DNA of 43,709 nucleotides from Bacilli bacterium (GCA_045650425.1 JAZRRD010000092.1:1-43709); one strand, 5' to 3'; positions 27,713-37,230 are shown, counted from the stretch's first letter. The notes: generated by a model from the letters alone, not told the origin. Numbers and translations: made by a program.

Positions 27713-28804
27713 CTAGTATATAAAAATTAAATTTTTGTAATTAAAAGTCCATTCAAAATTAGTCATTAATTTAACTTCACCATATATATCATTAAACATA
27801 TACAAAGAATCATCAATTAAATAATAAACTTCATTTTGATCATAATATACAATTTCTTTTATCTTACCTGTTGAAACTAGTTCTCTATATTCATCTATTA
27901 CTCTGTACAAATTACCATCTTGTAGTTTAAACTTAATAGGATTATCATAGGTAAATATTCCCTTATTATTAATTAATTTTTGTAAAGAAACTTTTTCAAA
28001 GTTACTATTAATTAAAGTAGTAGGATTAACATTTCTTAATTTTTCTTTATGGGGAACTAATTCATATTCTTTTTTTTCTTTTCGATCAAAAAGATATAAA
28101 CTATTTTCGTACGTTCCCATTATGTAACTATCAAAATAAATTTTTTTACCAAGGTTCCATGTTGATTTTTTATTATTTTCTACATTATATAAATGTACAG
28201 ACTCAAAATAATAATCATTTGTATAATCAGGAATTATAAAATAATCATTTATCTTAGCTGCTAAGTTAATATCATAAACATCATTTTCAAAAAAATTAAT
28301 TGATTTAGTTACTTTTTTATTCATAATATCTAAGCCTTGATAGTTCCATATTAAAAATGTTTTATCATTTAAATAGTTTATAGAAATGTTTTTGTATGAA
28401 CTATTATTAAACTCTGGTTTTTGATTATACTTCTTATCTAATTTTTTAGAAAGATTATCAACTAAGTGGTAATTTAAATATGTTTCATTATTTTTACACA
28501 ATGGATAAGTATTTAATTCATCACTTATTCCTAATAAACATATATTTTCTTTTTCTTCGATTATATCTATTTTATTTATTAATTTACGTGACTTAGTATA
28601 ATCATTATATAAAATTTGTTTAAAAGACATATCTTTATATTTATATTCCATTATGTAATACTTACCTTTTTTGTTGTAAGTTTCTTTTACTAAAACATCA
28701 TCCAATTTATATTCTAAATTATAATTTTTAGGAGTTAAATACACAAAAAGCAAAATAATGAACAAAATAATTATTATAAAAAATATTCTAGTTATTTTTC
28801 TCAT
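27713..28804 (-). CDS. membrane-anchored hypothetical protein
   Basis: 363-aa ORF with an N-terminal TM anchor (ITRIFFIIIILFIILLFVYL) and a Tyr/Asn-rich beta-type remainder. Confidence 0.7.
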   Translation of the reverse strand: MRKITRIFFIIIILFIILLFVYLTPKNYNLEYKLDDVLVKETYNKKGKYYIMEYKYKDMSFKQILYNDYTKSRKLINKIDIIEEKENICLLGISDELNTYPLCKNNETYLNYHLVDNLSKKLDKKYNQKPEFNNSSYKNISINYLNDKTFLIWNYQGLDIMNKKVTKSINFFENDVYDINLAAKINDYFIIPDYTNDYYFESVHLYNVENNKKSTWNLGKKIYFDSYIMGTYENSLYLFDRKEKKEYELVPHKEKLRNVNPTTLINSNFEKVSLQKLINNKGIFTYDNPIKFKLQDGNLYRVIDEYRELVSTGKIKEIVYYDQNEVYYLIDDSLYMFNDIYGEVKLMTNFEWTFNYKNLIFIY

Positions 28805-29243
28805 TATTTATTTCCCTAGTTTTATATTCTTTCTTTTTTGCCATCATGTATTCGCTTATATGTGTTACTATTTCATCTAATGATTTTTTAGGTAAATTAG
28901 AAATAGTAACAATTTCTTTAACTGTATCTAAATTTAATTTACCCCAAAATAATCCAGCATAAATAGATAAATCATTATATAAATCTGGTGTAATCGAGGT
29001 TAAAAAATATCCCCATACCACTCTTTTTTGAGCAATTAAAATTCTTTTACTAGTTATTGCTACCACACAAGTACTAACCCAATCAAAAGGATTATCATTT
29101 TTTTGACCAGGAAAAGCATATATTACACTTTCACTCGGATTTAGATGTTGTTCAATTACTTTAGAGTGTTTTTTTAATCTCCAAGATATACCTCCACTAT
29201 ATTTCTGTTTAAATAATTTAACATGATCATAAACTGTTGCCAT
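28788..29243 (-). CDS. bacterial PH-domain-like protein (YokE-like)
   Basis: VVAITSKRILIAQKR ... LDTVKEIVTISNL resembles the bPH pattern. Overlaps the next gene by 17 nt. Confidence 0.5.
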   Translation of the reverse strand: MATVYDHVKLFKQKYSGGISWRLKKHSKVIEQHLNPSESVIYAFPGQKNDNPFDWVSTCVVAITSKRILIAQKRVVWGYFLTSITPDLYNDLSIYAGLFWGKLNLDTVKEIVTISNLPKKSLDEIVTHISEYMMAKKKEYKTREINNEKNN

Positions 29244-29294
29244 AATACATCCCTCAAAAAAATTATAACATAAAGAAAATATAAAAAAAAGAAC

Positions 29295-29696
29295 TCATTT
29301 AAATAAGTTCAATTTTCCTATTATTGGTAATTCTATTTTTTGTTTGCATAAGACATTTACTATACCATTTATAGCAATCACTAAGATTAAAACTCCAACT
29401 AACAAAACACATATTTTTAAATACATTGGAGTTTCTTCTCCGCAATAATAAGTTATTCCATATAAATAATTAGTACAATCTCTTAATACAGTAATTTTAT
29501 CTAATAAAATTATAGATATTAAAGTAAATAATAATTCTACCAAAAACAAATTCATTCCTTGACGCGCATGAAAATTAAGCCATTTGCTTTTTTTCTTATC
29601 TTTAGAATAATAAGCTATCGGAGGCAAAATATATGCTAAAACAGCCATTTTTTGATTTTGCTCAATATCTTTATTGTCTATTTTCTTTCGAACCAT
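29295..29696 (-). CDS. DUF4870-like small membrane protein
   Basis: AYILPPIAYY...HARQGMNLFL motif with 3 TM segments. The start is 1 nt after the upstream stop. Confidence 0.55.
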   Translation of the reverse strand: MVRKKIDNKDIEQNQKMAVLAYILPPIAYYSKDKKKSKWLNFHARQGMNLFLVELLFTLISIILLDKITVLRDCTNYLYGITYYCGEETPMYLKICVLLVGVLILVIAINGIVNVLCKQKIELPIIGKLNLFK

Positions 29697-29697
29697 T

Positions 29698-31050
29698 TTA
29701 ATCTACCAATTCCATTACTACTCTAGATTTAAACATTTTATTTAAATCTATATTTTGATTAACTCCAGTTTCTCTAAATTCATACTTTATAGTGTAATAA
29801 TAAGTATGATTTGCAGGTATCAATATATTTGATAATAATAAACCATTTGAATAAGGAGCTTGCTTATCTTTTAAAAGTGTTGTAGTACCATTATCTAAAC
29901 TAAATACTATATTATTTGTTTTAGTAATAGTATTTACTACATCTTTCCAGTTCAAATTTAATCTAACAGAATTTTTAGACTCATTAGTAATAGCAAATAC
30001 CTGCGTATCATTCCATCCAGGTTCTATTCCTTGAGCATCAATATTTTTTACACTCTTTAATACTACTCTTCCAGCATTGTTAGTCTGAACAATAATAGTT
30101 AAATCGTTACTAGGAAGGTTGTCAACAGAACATTGAATTTCTATATTTTTATCAGCTTTTCCATCATTATTTGTATCGCAATTAATATCACAGACACCAT
30201 CATTATTTTTATCAATATTTAATTCAGGCCATCCATCTTTATTAGTATCAACATTTTTAGATGCTGTAATCATATTAGCATCAGCTTTTTTATCACCATT
30301 TGAATCGATATTAAAATAAGAAACGTAATCACGGCAATAATCAATATTATAATCTGGCTTTTTATCTTTATTTGTATCACAGTTAACATCACAAACTGTA
30401 TCTCTATCTCTATCTATATTAATTTCAGCATATCCATCATCGTTAATATCACAATTGAAATCACAAATATCATCATTATTTGTATCGATATTAATATCTG
30501 CTATTCCATCACCATCTAAATCAATATTTTTATCTGGCCATCCATCATTATTTATATCACAATTCAAATCACAAATTCCATCTTTATTATTATCTTCATT
30601 AATTAAATTATAGTCAGGCTTTTTATCATTATCTGTGTCTATCCCAAAATGTGAAGCTTTATCTTTATTATAATCAACATTATAATCTGGCTTTTTATCG
30701 TTGTTTGTATCGCAATTTATATCACAAACTTTATCACCATTTGTATCTATGTTAATATCAGCAACCCCATTATTATCCAAATCACAATTATTATCACAAA
30801 CATCATCATCATTTAAATCACAATTTAATTTACAATTATGATGAACATTATCATGATGAATTTTTCTATAAGAGAAAGTAGCCCCAAATAAAGTAACAAG
30901 AAGAATTAATATACAAAGAATCAAAATAACAATTGATTTCCTTCTTTCTTCTGCCTTCTCCTCTTCTTCTAAAATTAAATATTGCTCTTCATAATCAATA
31001 GGTTCAAAATCCTGACTACTAAATTTCTTTTTCTCTTCATTTTGATTCAT
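29698..31050 (-). CDS. SipW-type-signal protein with Asp/Asn/Cys-rich calcium-type repeats and a C-terminal beta domain shared with its two upstream neighbours
   Basis: TM segment plus GATFSY, then about 235 aa of CD.NCD.N.DG.(P)D.NID repeats. The C-terminal end NQNIDLNKMFKSRVVMELV parallels QSYNMNKKFISSIKVENV and NDQINKTFTGEISVANV. Confidence 0.8.
   Translation of the reverse strand: MNQNEEKKKFSSQDFEPIDYEEQYLILEEEEKAEERRKSIVILILCILILLVTLFGATFSYRKIHHDNVHHNCKLNCDLNDDDVCDNNCDLDNNGVADINIDTNGDKVCDINCDTNNDKKPDYNVDYNKDKASHFGIDTDNDKKPDYNLINEDNNKDGICDLNCDINNDGWPDKNIDLDGDGIADINIDTNNDDICDFNCDINDDGYAEINIDRDRDTVCDVNCDTNKDKKPDYNIDYCRDYVSYFNIDSNGDKKADANMITASKNVDTNKDGWPELNIDKNNDGVCDINCDTNNDGKADKNIEIQCSVDNLPSNDLTIIVQTNNAGRVVLKSVKNIDAQGIEPGWNDTQVFAITNESKNSVRLNLNWKDVVNTITKTNNIVFSLDNGTTTLLKDKQAPYSNGLLLSNILIPANHTYYYTIKYEFRETGVNQNIDLNKMFKSRVVMELVD
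30130..30834 (-). repeat. coding repeats: D/N-rich, Cys-paired, thrombospondin-type-3-like calcium-binding motifs, with a ~110-aa super-repeat present twice
   Basis: NIDTNGDKVCDINCDTNNDKKPDYNVDY... versus NIDRDRDTVCDVNCDTNKDKKPDYNIDY... Confidence 0.75.
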
Positions 31051-31098
31051 AACGACACACTCCTAGTCTATGAACTGAGTATAACATAAAAATGTTGA

Positions 31099-31680
31099 TT
31101 ACTCAACATTTTCGACTTTAATTGAACTAATAAATTTTTTATTCATATTATAACTTTGATCTTTATTTAAAGATACATAATGAAACACAACTTTCCAATA
31201 TTGTGTAACTTCCTTATTGGCTTCAACTTCAATTTTTTGATTGTCAATCAAAGTGTTCGTACCAACTAGTGTAGTTGCATCACCATTTGCTATTTTATTC
31301 CATGTAGATTTATCCTCGCTCATATAAACTTCATATAAAAGTTCAGGAGTTTTTTCGTCACTATTAGGGTCATATTCAAAAGTATTTTCAGATATATACC
31401 AATTAATATCATATAAACTACTTACTGTTGCTCTATTTTCTCCGACTAATTTTACCGAAAAAATTAGTTCATCACTATATCCAGGTTGATTAGCAATTAA
31501 CTCTAATCCACTTCCAGTATCAAAATAAATATAAGCATTACTACTAGTTTCAACATTTACTTCTGTTTTTTGATTATGACTAATAGTTGATGAAAAATAA
31601 GCAAATGTAAGCCCAACAACAGACAAACATAAAATTGATATAGCTAAAATACTTAATATTAAAGTTCTTCTATTTTTCAT
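31099..31680 (-). CDS. SipW-dependent-type signal peptide protein (TasA/camelysin-like secreted subunit)
   Basis: ORF-track frame 31099-31692. Start moved to the ATG at 31680 (MKNRRTLIL), 4 nt after GGTGGT. N-terminal ...VVGLTFAYFSS matches the SipW-cognate signal pattern. Confidence 0.75.
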   Translation of the reverse strand: MKNRRTLILSILAISILCLSVVGLTFAYFSSTISHNQKTEVNVETSSNAYIYFDTGSGLELIANQPGYSDELIFSVKLVGENRATVSSLYDINWYISENTFEYDPNSDEKTPELLYEVYMSEDKSTWNKIANGDATTLVGTNTLIDNQKIEVEANKEVTQYWKVVFHYVSLNKDQSYNMNKKFISSIKVENVE

Positions 31681-31723
31681 TATTACCACCATAATAATAA
31701 TATCAAATATCTTATATTATAGC

Positions 31724-31751
31724 AAATAAAAAAAGATGTTTTAAACATCTC
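31724..31751 (-). terminator. Rho-independent terminator after the 217-aa subunit gene
   Basis: Minus strand: AGATGTTT/AAACATCT stem followed by TTTTTTTATTT. Confidence 0.6.
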
Positions 31752-31762
31752 TTTAAACTATA

Positions 31763-32416
31763 CTATTCAGCAGTGTAAGTAAGTTGCCCGCCATTTTCAC
31801 ATCTAACATTTGCTACTGAAATTTCACCAGTAAATGTTTTATTAATTTGGTCATTTTGTTCTTGTTCTAAATTATAGAATTGAGCTGTAAATGTCCAAGT
31901 TTGTGTAGTAGCAGTTGAATCAGCACCGTTATCAGTAATAGTATAACTTCCTAAAGTTGCAGGTAATTTATCAACATTAGTTTCACCGAAACTTTGTGTT
32001 TCATCACTATCATCAGTTCCTTTTAATGTGAATTCTAAAGCATTAGCATTTACTTCAGCAACTTTTGTACTTAAAGCATATTTTTCAGCAGAAGTTTCTT
32101 TCCATACTAAATCATAAGTACAAGTAGCTTCTCCGTCTCCAGCTTGTAATGAAACTGTAGTAGTTTTTACATCACTATCAACGAATTGTCCTTTTTGAGC
32201 AAGTGACATATTTTCATTTGTAATAGCATCTAACACAAGTTCGTTATTTGCTGTATAAGTAAATACATCGTTTGCTTTAGCTGTAGTTGCAGTTACAGTA
32301 GTTTTTTCTGTACTAGTAACACTTGCAGAGAAATATGCGAATGTTGCCCCCACAACTGCTACCAATAAAGTTGCGATAGCGATAACTGTTAATAATACTG
32401 TATTTTTCTTTTCCAT
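31763..32416 (-). CDS. SipW-dependent-type signal peptide protein, probably abundant subunit
   Basis: N-terminal ...AVVGATFAYFSAS. Strong RBS AAGGAGGAG. Thr/Ala-rich and GC-richer than its neighbours. Followed by a terminator. Confidence 0.8.
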   Translation of the reverse strand: MEKKNTVLLTVIAIATLLVAVVGATFAYFSASVTSTEKTTVTATTAKANDVFTYTANNELVLDAITNENMSLAQKGQFVDSDVKTTTVSLQAGDGEATCTYDLVWKETSAEKYALSTKVAEVNANALEFTLKGTDDSDETQSFGETNVDKLPATLGSYTITDNGADSTATTQTWTFTAQFYNLEQEQNDQINKTFTGEISVANVRCENGGQLTYTAE

Positions 32417-32501
32417 TTTCTTTACTCCTCCTTCTATTATTGATATTACCAGAAATTACACTTTTGTGCAATATTATTTTGATAATTTTACAAAAGTTTT
32501 T

Positions 32502-35000
32502 TTATTTCCATACAGCGTCAAAATACAAACCATAATCAACACTGATTTTATCACCAGGTTGATAATACTTGTTATCCGCTGTATTGTACCATCCTACAAA
32601 TTTTTTACCATTCTTGAAGACAGGTTTAGGCAATGTAAATATACTTTGTTCTTCTAGCTTAAGTCCTTTTTTACCACTAGCCAAATCATCGCTAGTAGTT
32701 ACCATCCAAACATTTTTATTATTCTTAGCCTTCATTGGTTCCAATGCCAATCTATCTAATAACCAGGAACCATATTCAATATCTAATAAACCCTGGTTAT
32801 ATAAATGCTTAGTTTCAGGCATTCTATATCCTGCAAATAAATGTCTTGCAAACATGTGTGTCCAATCCTCATAATAGAATAAATCGTTAGTTTTTAAAAA
32901 TTCTTCTCTTTCGCTTGTCCACATAATATTATCATCAAATGAAAACATATTAGATACTACTAAAAATGCATCAGTAGTTAAAATATCATTTGCCAAAACA
33001 TTATGATATCTATTCGAAGTAACATGATAATACTTAACTGGTTTGTTTATTATATTTATACTTTTTACCGTAATAATTTTCTTCTGATTATTCTTATCAA
33101 ATTTAACAACTCTTGTTCCAACATCAAAATTATCTTTATCCATTACAGAAACATATCTTTTTAAATCAACATTATAAATCCCATGATCTCCTATTGTATT
33201 TAAATATGTTCCATCTGAAAATGTTATTTTTTGATATGATTCTCCTACTGACTCTTTTTCAATCCAAATAGGATATTCATATACAACTCTACCTAAATCA
33301 TAACTATAAGACATTATTAAGTCATCATAACGTATATCTTCAATGTTTTTATATTTACCATTAGCCAATTTAATCTTTGTACCTTCAGCTAAACAAGTAG
33401 TTTTTTTCTGTGCAGTACCAGAAATAGAAATATCTCCAGTCACAGTTTTAGTAATATTAACATCACCAGCTCCACTAGAAGAATCATATGTATAATCTGT
33501 ATTAACAGTTAAAGCGCTACCTCCCATAGAAACATCAATAGACTCAGGCAATTTATATTTATCTACTGGCTCCAATTTACCTACATAAGTATTATATATA
33601 TAAGCTTTAGTAGGACTATCTGAAGATAAATTCATATTTGAAAGTCCCGATGTAATAACATCAAATTCCCACTTCAAACTAATACTAGGAGAAGCTACAC
33701 AATATGTATTTTCTACTCCAGAAAAGCAATCTTCAACTCCAGAATTATTTTCATCCACGCCATAAACTTTAATATAATAATTATGATTATTAGTGACCAT
33801 ATTAGATTTATGAGTTGCCAAGAAATTAGAATCTAAAGTGATACTTTGACTTGTGTAATTAGCATCTATCTCATAAGAAGCAATTTGACTTCCTGTCGTG
33901 GAATCAATCAACAATACATAATAATTTTGAACATTAGTTCCTCCCTCATCTAGCCTTTTCCATGAAGTATTAATCTTTAATGAACCAGTAGCTTGGTCAT
34001 AAGCCCCAACACTCATAACAACATTACCAATTTCTACTTTATCATTATCTTCTTCTTCAGTTATATCTACTTTAATATTAATATCTCCTGCTACTATAGG
34101 ATCTACCTCATTCGAATTCAAGGTAATCCTCGTACTTGCACTTTCCGATGTAAATATACTTGATGGATTAACTACCAAACAAACTTCATAATTAGCAATA
34201 TTACTACTAGAATCTAATTCACTTGGAGCTCCTATATGAAATTCTGATAAAGGATTGCCATTAGTATCAACTAAATAAAAATTTTCATTACCAGATTTCA
34301 AATTAAAATTCCTAGCATATTTATATGTATTCATAACATTTACATGAAAACAGGCAGAATTATTATCGCCAGATAAATCTACATAATTAGTATCAATCGA
34401 AGCAACTAATTCTCCAGAATTATCTAACGAACTATTAATGTTAGTTCCACCCCCTACACCTATACTTACATTCTTCTTAGAACCAGTATAAATATTTAAA
34501 GTAATTACTACAACCCCTGATTCACCAGGTGAAAGAGTTGTACCCAATCGAATCGTATTACTTGAATGATCAATATCATGTGTATAAGATACATCAACCG
34601 CAGCGTCATCACTATTTCCAGTTGAAACATTAATCTCAGGATTCATAGTAATTCCAGTAAAAGTATAATCATATAAACTATTATTTTCTAAATAAATTAA
34701 ATAAGTCCCTTGTTCTGTACGTTCGGAATTATTATGCTTAATTGAATAATTTAACCCAATATTTCCATCAGCATCTAATTGCAAAACATTATTAGCTAAT
34801 CTTCCATCAGCACTTCCAATACTAGCATTAGTATCTAACTCTATTCTTACAATTTCAACCTTACCAATAGGACTAATAGTTAATTTTCCGGTTAAATTCA
34901 ATCCCTGATTATAAACAGCATATCCCACAGTTATTGTAAAACATAAAATAACCATTAAAATGGTTAATATTATGTTAGATTCAATTCTTTTCTTTTTCAT
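32502..35000 (-). CDS. large secreted/anchored protein: class-2 N-terminal signal, beta-rich repeats, internal Hint (BIL) domain, C-terminal Listeria-Bacteroides-type repeat
   Basis: ORF-track frame 32502-35048. Likely start is MKKKRIESNIIL at 35000, with 35012 as an alternative. It overlaps the upstream gene end. The C-terminus KFVGWYNTADNKYYQPGDKISVDYGLYFDAVWK matches the G(Y/F).F.GWY...LYA.W repeat. Confidence 0.8.
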   Translation of the reverse strand: MKKKRIESNIILTILMVILCFTITVGYAVYNQGLNLTGKLTISPIGKVEIVRIELDTNASIGSADGRLANNVLQLDADGNIGLNYSIKHNNSERTEQGTYLIYLENNSLYDYTFTGITMNPEINVSTGNSDDAAVDVSYTHDIDHSSNTIRLGTTLSPGESGVVVITLNIYTGSKKNVSIGVGGGTNINSSLDNSGELVASIDTNYVDLSGDNNSACFHVNVMNTYKYARNFNLKSGNENFYLVDTNGNPLSEFHIGAPSELDSSSNIANYEVCLVVNPSSIFTSESASTRITLNSNEVDPIVAGDINIKVDITEEEDNDKVEIGNVVMSVGAYDQATGSLKINTSWKRLDEGGTNVQNYYVLLIDSTTGSQIASYEIDANYTSQSITLDSNFLATHKSNMVTNNHNYYIKVYGVDENNSGVEDCFSGVENTYCVASPSISLKWEFDVITSGLSNMNLSSDSPTKAYIYNTYVGKLEPVDKYKLPESIDVSMGGSALTVNTDYTYDSSSGAGDVNITKTVTGDISISGTAQKKTTCLAEGTKIKLANGKYKNIEDIRYDDLIMSYSYDLGRVVYEYPIWIEKESVGESYQKITFSDGTYLNTIGDHGIYNVDLKRYVSVMDKDNFDVGTRVVKFDKNNQKKIITVKSINIINKPVKYYHVTSNRYHNVLANDILTTDAFLVVSNMFSFDDNIMWTSEREEFLKTNDLFYYEDWTHMFARHLFAGYRMPETKHLYNQGLLDIEYGSWLLDRLALEPMKAKNNKNVWMVTTSDDLASGKKGLKLEEQSIFTLPKPVFKNGKKFVGWYNTADNKYYQPGDKISVDYGLYFDAVWK
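32976..33395 (-). other. Hint / bacterial intein-like domain (about 140 aa) inside the 848-aa protein
   Basis: Block A: CLAEGTKIKLANGKYKNIEDI. Block B: TYLNTIGDHGIY. Blocks F/G: VKYYHVTSNRYHNVLANDILTTD. No terminal HN+Cys/Ser/Thr splice junction. Confidence 0.65.
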
Positions 35001-36027
35001 TATGCGCACCATTTTTTTGAAGAATATATCTCCAAGCAACCTTATCATTTATTAATATAAATTCACTTTTATTTTTATATTGTTTATAGTTTATTGGTTG
35101 TCTAACTTCACTATGTGCATCAATTAATTCATTAAATTCAGATACATCAATTACATTTAAACTTTTTAAATTAATTGGGGTATTAAGATTTACGATAATA
35201 TAATCATATTCTTTCATTATTTTTTTTAATTTTTCATCATAAGAATTTTTATCTTTTATTTTTCTAGTTCTAAAACTTAACAAAAATACTTCTACAGCCA
35301 TCACCCCAACATATATAATAACAGCCATTTTGTATCTATTTAATGTTTCTTCTTTATTATCTTCAACTTTTAATATTTTAGTTTTTTCACTTTCATCCAG
35401 ATTTACAGGAACTTCTATAGTAGCTTGTGTCAAAGGAATCGATAATGATGAAACACTTTCTTCATTAAACAAATTTCCATCTTTTCTTACATTGTTTTTA
35501 AAGACTAATTCTATCAATAAAGAACCATCAAATCCAATCTTATAATTTTGTCTAAACTCTAATAATAAATCATTATATTTTTGATAATCAATTCTTACAG
35601 ATTCACTATTATATAAATTGGATTGTTCATCAAAATTAATAGTCTTCATTTCACTTAAAATATATTCTTTTTCCCAATATTTAACATTACTTTCATTAGG
35701 TTTAGTTGCCAAAATAGTACCTTTAATATAATAAGAATAACTTCCTGAAAGTCTTTCATTAAATGAAACATTATTATTAAATGTTACATCTAAATAATCA
35801 ATCAAAGTAGTAATATAAGCTTTTCCTTCATCAAGATAATTTTCTTCAAAAAATTCATTTTCTTTTAAATAAACTTTGTAATCAATTGTATTTTTTTCTT
35901 GATAAGTAACATAAGAAGGCTTTTCTTTAGATAATGTAATATATTTATACACAAAATAACTACCAACTAAAAATGTTAAAATTAATAAACTAATATATAC
36001 AATTTTGACACTTTTTAATAGTTTCAT
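34981..36027 (-). CDS. two-TM accessory protein of the locus (possibly DUF5305-like)
   Basis: 348 aa with an N-terminal TM, an extracytoplasmic region of about 200 aa, a second TM (MAVIIYVGVMAVEVFLLSF) and a cytoplasmic tail of about 100 aa. The family name comes from my memory of SipW neighbourhoods and is unverified. Confidence 0.6.
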   Translation of the reverse strand: MKLLKSVKIVYISLLILTFLVGSYFVYKYITLSKEKPSYVTYQEKNTIDYKVYLKENEFFEENYLDEGKAYITTLIDYLDVTFNNNVSFNERLSGSYSYYIKGTILATKPNESNVKYWEKEYILSEMKTINFDEQSNLYNSESVRIDYQKYNDLLLEFRQNYKIGFDGSLLIELVFKNNVRKDGNLFNEESVSSLSIPLTQATIEVPVNLDESEKTKILKVEDNKEETLNRYKMAVIIYVGVMAVEVFLLSFRTRKIKDKNSYDEKLKKIMKEYDYIIVNLNTPINLKSLNVIDVSEFNELIDAHSEVRQPINYKQYKNKSEFILINDKVAWRYILQKNGAHNEKEKN

Positions 36028-36029
36028 AA

Positions 36030-37163
36030 CTAACCTCCTAACGTTTCACTTAATTTAACTGTAGGATATCCGATATATTTAACAACTAATCTCACAACAC
36101 CTAATACATTTTTTTCATAGACATCTAAATTATCTACTATATCGTTATTATCCCCTTTTGTAGTATATTTTAACATTCCCTTTTCTCGTTCTATTTTTAC
36201 AACTCTATGAGTTATAATTTCGCCATTTATTTGAAAAACAAGTATATCATCCACTTTTACTACTTTTGGATCAATTTTTTCATATAATACCGCATCCCCA
36301 TAATAATATATTGGATTCATGGAATCAGAGCCGATAGCAATAAGATGATATTTCGTTAAACCCGAAACAAATACAATAAGTACACCTGCTAATCCAGCTG
36401 TCAAAATAAAGAAAAATCTTCGCACATAATTTTTAGCATATAATGAATATTTTTCTTTATAAGAAACACATTTATATACTTGTTTATATATGGCAAACGG
36501 TAACAATATACCAAAAATAGATGATATATAATTTCCAAGTGCTGGAGTAATAGGTACAACATAAACATATAACTCCATACATAAATGTAATATTAATGTG
36601 GGAAGCAATCCTACTTTTTCAGTTATATATGTATACAAGCACTCTCTTGCAATACATGGTAATAACACAACAGACACCATACTAAATATTTGTGATGGTG
36701 ATTTCAAAATCATATTATTAACCATTATTATAGTATTTAATAAAATAAATAAAATTGTTAAAATTATTGTTTGTCCCTTAGATGGTTCTCTTTTTAATAT
36801 AATATACCTTATCAAATCAGAACAAACAATATTTAAAATAACAGGAAGTATATTCTTTAAAACTTTAACAAATTTTAAGGAAAATACGTTTTTTTCAAAT
36901 CCTGTAATTAATCCCAACAAATAGATTATTAAAATATACATCATTAAAGAAATTATTACAATTTTAGTTGTAGTAATCTTATAATAACTCTTGTCTTTTC
37001 TTATTCCCCATTTGGCAATCAAATAAATTAATAAAACAAATAATAAACCAAAAGATATTAAATCTATATATTGCGGTATTATCTTAAATATTATTGTTTC
37101 AAATACTATAATAAACATTAACAATATTAATATAATATTTATTTCCTTTTTATTTCTTTTCAT
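36030..37163 (-). CDS. ER/archaeal-type signal peptidase I (SipW-like) fused to an N-terminal ~8-TM domain of unknown function
   Basis: C-terminal motifs GSDSMNP (catalytic Ser), ITHRVV (His) and TKGDNN. The N-terminal ~270 aa are polytopic. Start moved to 37163 (MKRNKKEIN) because the ORF-track ATG at 37202 lies inside an intergenic hairpin. Confidence 0.8.
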   Translation of the reverse strand: MKRNKKEINIILILLMFIIVFETIIFKIIPQYIDLISFGLLFVLLIYLIAKWGIRKDKSYYKITTTKIVIISLMMYILIIYLLGLITGFEKNVFSLKFVKVLKNILPVILNIVCSDLIRYIILKREPSKGQTIILTILFILLNTIIMVNNMILKSPSQIFSMVSVVLLPCIARECLYTYITEKVGLLPTLILHLCMELYVYVVPITPALGNYISSIFGILLPFAIYKQVYKCVSYKEKYSLYAKNYVRRFFFILTAGLAGVLIVFVSGLTKYHLIAIGSDSMNPIYYYGDAVLYEKIDPKVVKVDDILVFQINGEIITHRVVKIEREKGMLKYTTKGDNNDIVDNLDVYEKNVLGVVRLVVKYIGYPTVKLSETLGG

Positions 37164-37189
37164 AGGTGCACATCCTACCAACAAATTAT

Positions 37190-37215
37190 ATTCTGCTACC
37201 AAAAGGTAGCAGAAT
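37190..37215 (-). terminator. stem-loop between the first subunit gene and the peptidase gene (partial terminator or stabiliser)
   Basis: Minus strand: ATTCTGCTACC-tttt-GGTAGCAGAAT (11-bp stem) followed by ATAATTTGTT, a weak U tract. Confidence 0.45.
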
Positions 37216-37230
37216 AAATTCTTTATTTAA

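Noticed and set aside
30130-30834. Cys-rich repeat region considered as tandem lanthipeptide/RiPP core peptides
   Set aside because: It is embedded in a 450-aa secreted protein between a signal anchor and a folded beta-domain. The D/N spacing fits calcium-binding repeats. No modification enzymes are adjacent.
32976-33395. True protein-splicing intein
   Set aside because: The C-terminal block ends in ILTTD, without the His-Asn plus Cys/Ser/Thr junction. There is no recognisable host protein (extein) interrupted by the domain. A BIL/Hint-type cleavage domain is more consistent.
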